From: Chthoniobacteraceae bacterium
GTDB lineage: Bacteria; Verrucomicrobiota; Verrucomicrobiia; Chthoniobacterales; Chthoniobacteraceae
Reading direction: 5' to 3'
Assembly (NCBI GenBank): GCA_040081625.1
Contig: JBEBGD010000003.1
Location: 59,280 to 123,279 of the forward strand
Length of the DNA stretch: 64,000 nt
Below the pieces are notes generated by a model, which was not told the origin of the DNA, did not search any database, and saw nothing but the letters and a program-made list of their open reading frames with translations. The translations under genes were made by a program, and so were the position numbers. Numbering within the stretch: the stretch's first letter is position 1; each line of letters begins with the position of its first letter. Shown here piece after piece: positions 59,727-64,000 of the stretch.

Positions 59727-59793
59727 GGCCTCCTAAGCCGCAATTGGCGCTGGAAAGCAACGCGCGCATGGCGTTTGCTGACACACGGACCCA

Positions 59794-62610
59794 ATGCCCT
59801 CCCTGTCCGATTCACAAAATATCGACCTCGGCCCCGCCGGCGGCCCGGTGCTCCCTGCCGGTTCGCCGCTCCAGGTGTGTGCGGCGTGCGAGGCGTTGCT
59901 CGATATTTCCGAGCGCGAGCCGCTCGAGCGCGTCGCCTGTCCGCAGTGCGGCGCGGAGCTGACCATCACCGGGCAGGTCGCGCATTACCAGATCGTCGAA
60001 GTGGCCGGTCGTGGCGGGATGGGCGTCGTTTACAAGGCCTACGACCCGAGCCTCGACCGGCACGTGGCCATCAAGCTCCTGCGCAAGGAACAGAGCTCGG
60101 ACCGGAAGCTCATCAAGCAGCTCGAGACCGAGGCGGCGATCACCGCGTCGGTGACCGATCCGAACGTCGTGCGCGTCTATGGATCCGGGTTCGATCGCGG
60201 CCGCTTCTACGTCGCGATGGAATTGGTGGACAAAGGCTCGCTCGACAGCCTCATCCAGCTTCAGGGGCGCGTCGCGGAGGCGCAGGTGCTCGAAGTCGGC
60301 GCGCAAATCGCCAAGGGGCTCCGCGCCGCGCACCAACACGGGCTGATTCATCGCGACGTGAAGCCGGGCAACATCCTCTTCGCCGACGCGCATACTGCGA
60401 AGATCGTGGATTTCGGGCTCGCGGTCTTTCAGTCGCAGGAGGAAAGCGTGCGCGGCGAGATCTGGGGCACGCCTTACTACGTGGCGCCGGAGAAGCTCGA
60501 CCAGCAGCCGGAGGATTTCCGCAGCGACATGTATTCACTTGGCGGCACGCTCTTTCACGCGCTCGCGGGGCGGCCGCCCTTCGAGGCGGAAAATGCGTCG
60601 CTCGTGGCGCTCAAGCACCTCAAGAGCCAGCAGGTCAGCCTCCAGTCCTTCGCGCCGTGGGTGTCGAACGGCACCGCGCACATCATCAACCGCATGCTCG
60701 CGAAGGATCCCGGGCAGCGCTTTCAGAGCTACGAGGAACTGATCGAGAGCCTCGAGTATGCACTCACGCAACTCCACGCGCAGGGCGGTGCAAACGCCGC
60801 GCGCACCCGTGTGAAGATCGAGGATGAAGCGGACCAGAAACGCTGGACGTGGGTATTCCTCGTGCTCGCCGCCGTGCTCGTCGTGATCGGCGCAGGCGTC
60901 GCGATCTCCGTCCTGAAAAAGCCCGCTCCAGTCGGCAAGGCGGCGGTCCAGGCCGCGGTGCGCACCGGCCCCCGATACGAGCCGCTTCAGGACGCGATCG
61001 AGGCACTGGCAGCCGGGAAAAAGGAAGCGGTGGATCTCTTTGAGCAAGCCGCCGGCAACGCGGCGCTCTCGCCTGCCGATCGCGCTTGGGCCAAGGTCTT
61101 CGCGGGCGCGTCCATGTTCGCCAATGGCAGGGTTTCCGAGGCGCGCGCGACCTTTGCGCAGATCGATGAGATGGCGGCGAACGTGAAGGACGAATCGATG
61201 GCCGGCTTGCTCACGCGCATCGGGCGGTTCGGCTCCGACACCAAGCCGGTGCCAGCCGAAGTGACCGCGCGGCTCGACACCACCGGGCATGAAGCCGCCG
61301 CGCTGCTGGTCTTCGCGCTGCACGACTGGCACGCCGGCAAGACCGGCGAAGCGACCGCGCTGTTCAAGCAGTTCCGCAGCGCCGAGCCGAGCCGCACCGC
61401 CGAATGGATCGGGCAGTTCAAGCCGCTCGCCGTGCAATTCATCGAGAAGGAGACGGCCTTTGCGGTCGGCATGAACCGCCTCGGCGCCGCGACCAACGGC
61501 AGCGAGCGCTCCTCAGCCGCCGATGCGCTGCGCAAGGTTGATCCCGCATTCAAGGCGCGCGCCGACGCCGCCATCGAGCCGTTCAAGGCCGAGATCGCCA
61601 AATACAAAGCCGACATCGCGAAGCCACCGACGGGCGGCATCTTCCGCATCGCCAATCGCGCGCACGGCAAGGTGCTCGACGTGAGCGGACGCAACATGGC
61701 CGCGGGCGCCAAGGTGGCGACCTACGATGCCGGCACCGCGACCAATCAATGGTGGCGATTCCTTCCGCTCGGCCAGGACAAGGTGAAGCTCGTGGCCATG
61801 CATAGCGGCAAGCTGCTCACCGCCGAGGGCGGCGCCGGCGGCGCGGACGCGAAGATCGTGCAGGCCGACGACAAGGATTTGCCGGCGCAGAAGTGGCAGA
61901 TCATCTCGAAGGGAGACGGCTGGTTCAAGCTGCGCAATGAGGGCACCGGCAAGTTCCTCACGCCCGCCACCGACACTCGCGACAATGGCGTGCTGCTCGT
62001 GGCGCGGGCCGACGACGACAAGGCTCCCTTATACCAGTGGCGTTTCGATCGCATGGCGTCGCCGGTGGGCGAGTTTGCCGGCCATCAAGTCGGCGGCGGC
62101 AAGGGCGGGTTCGCCTTCAAGGACGGCGGCTACACGGTGCGAAATGCGGGGCGGGACATCTGGGGCAACAGCGACAACTTCGGCTTCGCCTTCCGCGAGA
62201 TCACGGGCGACTTCGAACTGGTGGCCCGTGTCGTCGAGGTCACCACTCCCCAGCCCGGCTACAAGGCCGGCCTTATCGTGCGCGCGGGGCTCGGCGGCGA
62301 TGAGCCAGGAGTGGCTGCGCTGATGACGTCCGGCGACAGATTCGGCCATCAAGGCCGGCTGAAGAAGGGCACGCCCACGAGCGAAGTGAAGACGCCGAAG
62401 CAGCCGCTCCCGCATTGGCTGAAGCTCGTTCGCGCGGGCGGCCAGATCACCAGCTATCACTCCGCCGACGGCACCGCCTGGCAGGAGGCCGGCAGCGAAA
62501 AAATCGAAGGGCTCAAGCCGGCTGTCTTCGCGGGACTTGCCGTGTGCAGCCACGACGTGGGGAAGGAGATCGGCGTGCGGTTCGACGAGGTGAAGCTGAC
62601 GCCCCGCTAG
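59794..62610 (+). CDS. Membrane Hanks-type Ser/Thr kinase: Zn-ribbon, kinase, TM, helical region, ricin-B lectin and ConA-like domains
   Basis: CAAC...CPQC; GRGGMG, VAIK, HRDVKPGN, DFG, APE; TM WVFLVLAAVLVVIGAGVAI; QxW-type repeats (NQWW, QKWQ, YQWR); DIWGNSDNF...WLKLVR...GLAVCSH. Confidence 0.9.
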   Translation: MPSLSDSQNIDLGPAGGPVLPAGSPLQVCAACEALLDISEREPLERVACPQCGAELTITGQVAHYQIVEVAGRGGMGVVYKAYDPSLDRHVAIKLLRKEQSSDRKLIKQLETEAAITASVTDPNVVRVYGSGFDRGRFYVAMELVDKGSLDSLIQLQGRVAEAQVLEVGAQIAKGLRAAHQHGLIHRDVKPGNILFADAHTAKIVDFGLAVFQSQEESVRGEIWGTPYYVAPEKLDQQPEDFRSDMYSLGGTLFHALAGRPPFEAENASLVALKHLKSQQVSLQSFAPWVSNGTAHIINRMLAKDPGQRFQSYEELIESLEYALTQLHAQGGANAARTRVKIEDEADQKRWTWVFLVLAAVLVVIGAGVAISVLKKPAPVGKAAVQAAVRTGPRYEPLQDAIEALAAGKKEAVDLFEQAAGNAALSPADRAWAKVFAGASMFANGRVSEARATFAQIDEMAANVKDESMAGLLTRIGRFGSDTKPVPAEVTARLDTTGHEAAALLVFALHDWHAGKTGEATALFKQFRSAEPSRTAEWIGQFKPLAVQFIEKETAFAVGMNRLGAATNGSERSSAADALRKVDPAFKARADAAIEPFKAEIAKYKADIAKPPTGGIFRIANRAHGKVLDVSGRNMAAGAKVATYDAGTATNQWWRFLPLGQDKVKLVAMHSGKLLTAEGGAGGADAKIVQADDKDLPAQKWQIISKGDGWFKLRNEGTGKFLTPATDTRDNGVLLVARADDDKAPLYQWRFDRMASPVGEFAGHQVGGGKGGFAFKDGGYTVRNAGRDIWGNSDNFGFAFREITGDFELVARVVEVTTPQPGYKAGLIVRAGLGGDEPGVAALMTSGDRFGHQGRLKKGTPTSEVKTPKQPLPHWLKLVRAGGQITSYHSADGTAWQEAGSEKIEGLKPAVFAGLAVCSHDVGKEIGVRFDEVKLTPR

Positions 62611-62621
62611 CGGCAGCCGCA

Positions 62622-63341
62622 TCAGCGCGGGCTGAAGACGGACATGAGATGGTTGATCTCACCGGGCACCTCCTCCCAACTCGAGACGGTCTCGAACACC
62701 TCGGCCTCGAGGGTCGCGCGGAAATCCTTGAGGAGGCGACTGAGCGCCACTCGCAGTGTGCCTTCACTCATACCCAGCGTGGCGGCGAGCCTGGCCGGTT
62801 CCTCCCCGCGCAGGCTGCCGCCGGCCTTGAGCACCGGCTCGAGCACCTCGAAGACCGCGCCTCTGCCCTTACCCACATACGCGGCTTGCAGGCGGCTGAG
62901 CACGCGCGCCATCAACTCCTGCCCCCACTTGCGTTCGAGGACACGCTCGGGCGTGTCGGCGTCCGTCGCGCATTCGCTGGCGTAGCGCTCCTCGGCGGTC
63001 TGCCCGTCGATCTGCACGAGCCGCTCGCGCGCGGCCCCGTCGCGGTGCCAGTTGGAAAGGAAGTGGTCGAGCGCGGTCGTGAGCATCCCACGCAGGGGCC
63101 CCTTCGCCATTTGCGCGCCGTGGAGCGACTCGGCGAGCAGGAGCCTGCCGAGGAAGCTATGAAGGACATCCTCCGCATCGGGCCGCTCAAGGCCGCGCCG
63201 CCGGATGTAGCAGTAGAGCGGATAGTAATACTGCACGCATATTTCGTCGAGCGCACGCCGCGCTGTCGTCGAGTCATCGCTCCGCAATCGCTGGATGAGC
63301 GTCCAGCGTGTGTCGGGAAACCGGCTGCCTCGAGGTTTCAT
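62622..63341 (-). CDS. ECF sigma factor (PVC-type, usually kinase-associated)
   Basis: FPDTRWTLI, YPLYCYIRRRG, DAED, sigma4 HTH (LAATLGMSEGTLRVALSRL). Confidence 0.85.
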   Translation of the reverse strand: MKPRGSRFPDTRWTLIQRLRSDDSTTARRALDEICVQYYYPLYCYIRRRGLERPDAEDVLHSFLGRLLLAESLHGAQMAKGPLRGMLTTALDHFLSNWHRDGAARERLVQIDGQTAEERYASECATDADTPERVLERKWGQELMARVLSRLQAAYVGKGRGAVFEVLEPVLKAGGSLRGEEPARLAATLGMSEGTLRVALSRLLKDFRATLEAEVFETVSSWEEVPGEINHLMSVFSPR

Positions 63342-63352
63342 ACAGGGCGGTT

Positions 63353-64000
63353 CTATTTGGGCGGTGCGCGGGCGTCAAGCGCGCGAGGCGCCTGTTCTTG
63401 CCCCGGTGGAGCGGGATCCTCGTCGAGTGCATGGAGCTCGCGGACTACGACGCCCTGGCCGAGCACGACCACGCTCAGGCCCGGTTCGTCGATGCTCTCG
63501 TCCTGCACTGAGCCAATGAGGACGTTATCGAGCCAGACGCTGAGCATGTCCTCGGAGGCGTGGAACTCCCACGTGTGCTCGCGATTCCGGTCGAAGCCCG
63601 GCGGGTAGCTCCATTTCTTGAGCGGGCGGAAGGTTTCAGTTGTGTGTTCGTGGAGCTGCACCTTGATCGCTGTGGGGCCGAAGGCGGCGTGATAGTCGCG
63701 CAGGGGCCGTTCATCCGGGCCGCGGAGCTGGCGCAATTCCATGGAGCAGACGGAGGAGTCGCCGCGAGTCCACGTCACGCGCAGCGCGCCGTTGCGGACC
63801 GGGCGATTCGAGACGACGAGGCTCCTGTCGGCCTTTGTCCGCAAGCCGGTGCCATCGTCTTCGAGCGTGGGATGATCTTTTAGATGTCCTTTCTGGCGCA
63901 GTTCGGCGAGGACATCGCGCCACCTCGGATCGAGCGCGGCGGGCATGGGTGGCGGGGTGAAGGGCCGGGCTCGCGCGGTTGCCGGGGGATTGCGGTCGCC
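63353..64000 (-). CDS. C-terminal part of a protein truncated by the right edge; ConA/jelly-roll-like domain after a Pro-rich linker
   Basis: Frame is open from 64000 (GDRNPPATARARPFTPPPM...) to the stop at 63353; contains HTWEF...LSVWLDN...GSVQD; ends 11 nt upstream of the ECF gene. Confidence 0.65.
   Translation of the reverse strand, partial: GDRNPPATARARPFTPPPMPAALDPRWRDVLAELRQKGHLKDHPTLEDDGTGLRTKADRSLVVSNRPVRNGALRVTWTRGDSSVCSMELRQLRGPDERPLRDYHAAFGPTAIKVQLHEHTTETFRPLKKWSYPPGFDRNREHTWEFHASEDMLSVWLDNVLIGSVQDESIDEPGLSVVVLGQGVVVRELHALDEDPAPPGQEQAPRALDARAPPK

Overview
High-GC, gene-dense bacterial chromosome segment. The gene content (PEP-CTERM protein with autotransporter-associated repeats, four sulfatases, DUF1080, an ECF sigma factor beside a Hanks kinase, prepilin cassette) points to Verrucomicrobiota, probably Chthoniobacter-like; this taxonomy is inferred. 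Housekeeping genes: deoB-pdp, tkt, tRNA-Pro(GGG), argC-argJ-argB-argA, mgtE, leuB, a lipid A acyltransferase, an L,D-transpeptidase, ispH, a MacAB-like ABC exporter, family-4 UDG and rluD. Accessory content: a secreted metzincin protease cut by the left edge; a sulfatase/nucleotidyltransferase fusion remnant; an RHH plus CcdB/MazF-fold toxin-antitoxin candidate; a two-component cluster; an OYE + secreted unknown + DHDPS-like operon; a CysJ-like reductase without a flavodoxin domain; a three-gene minor-pilin cassette whose large PilX-like member resembles cyanobacterial HpsA at its C-terminus; a di-haem peroxidase; and a membrane Ser/Thr kinase with two extracellular lectin-type domains next to an ECF sigma factor. 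No CRISPR array, rRNA, transposase or integrase was seen. Best candidates for undescribed systems: the lectin-receptor kinase/ECF pair, the HpsA-like pilin cassette, two putative non-PEP-CTERM C-terminal sorting domains, and the OYE/DHDPS operon. All family calls come from reading motifs by eye; no searches were run.
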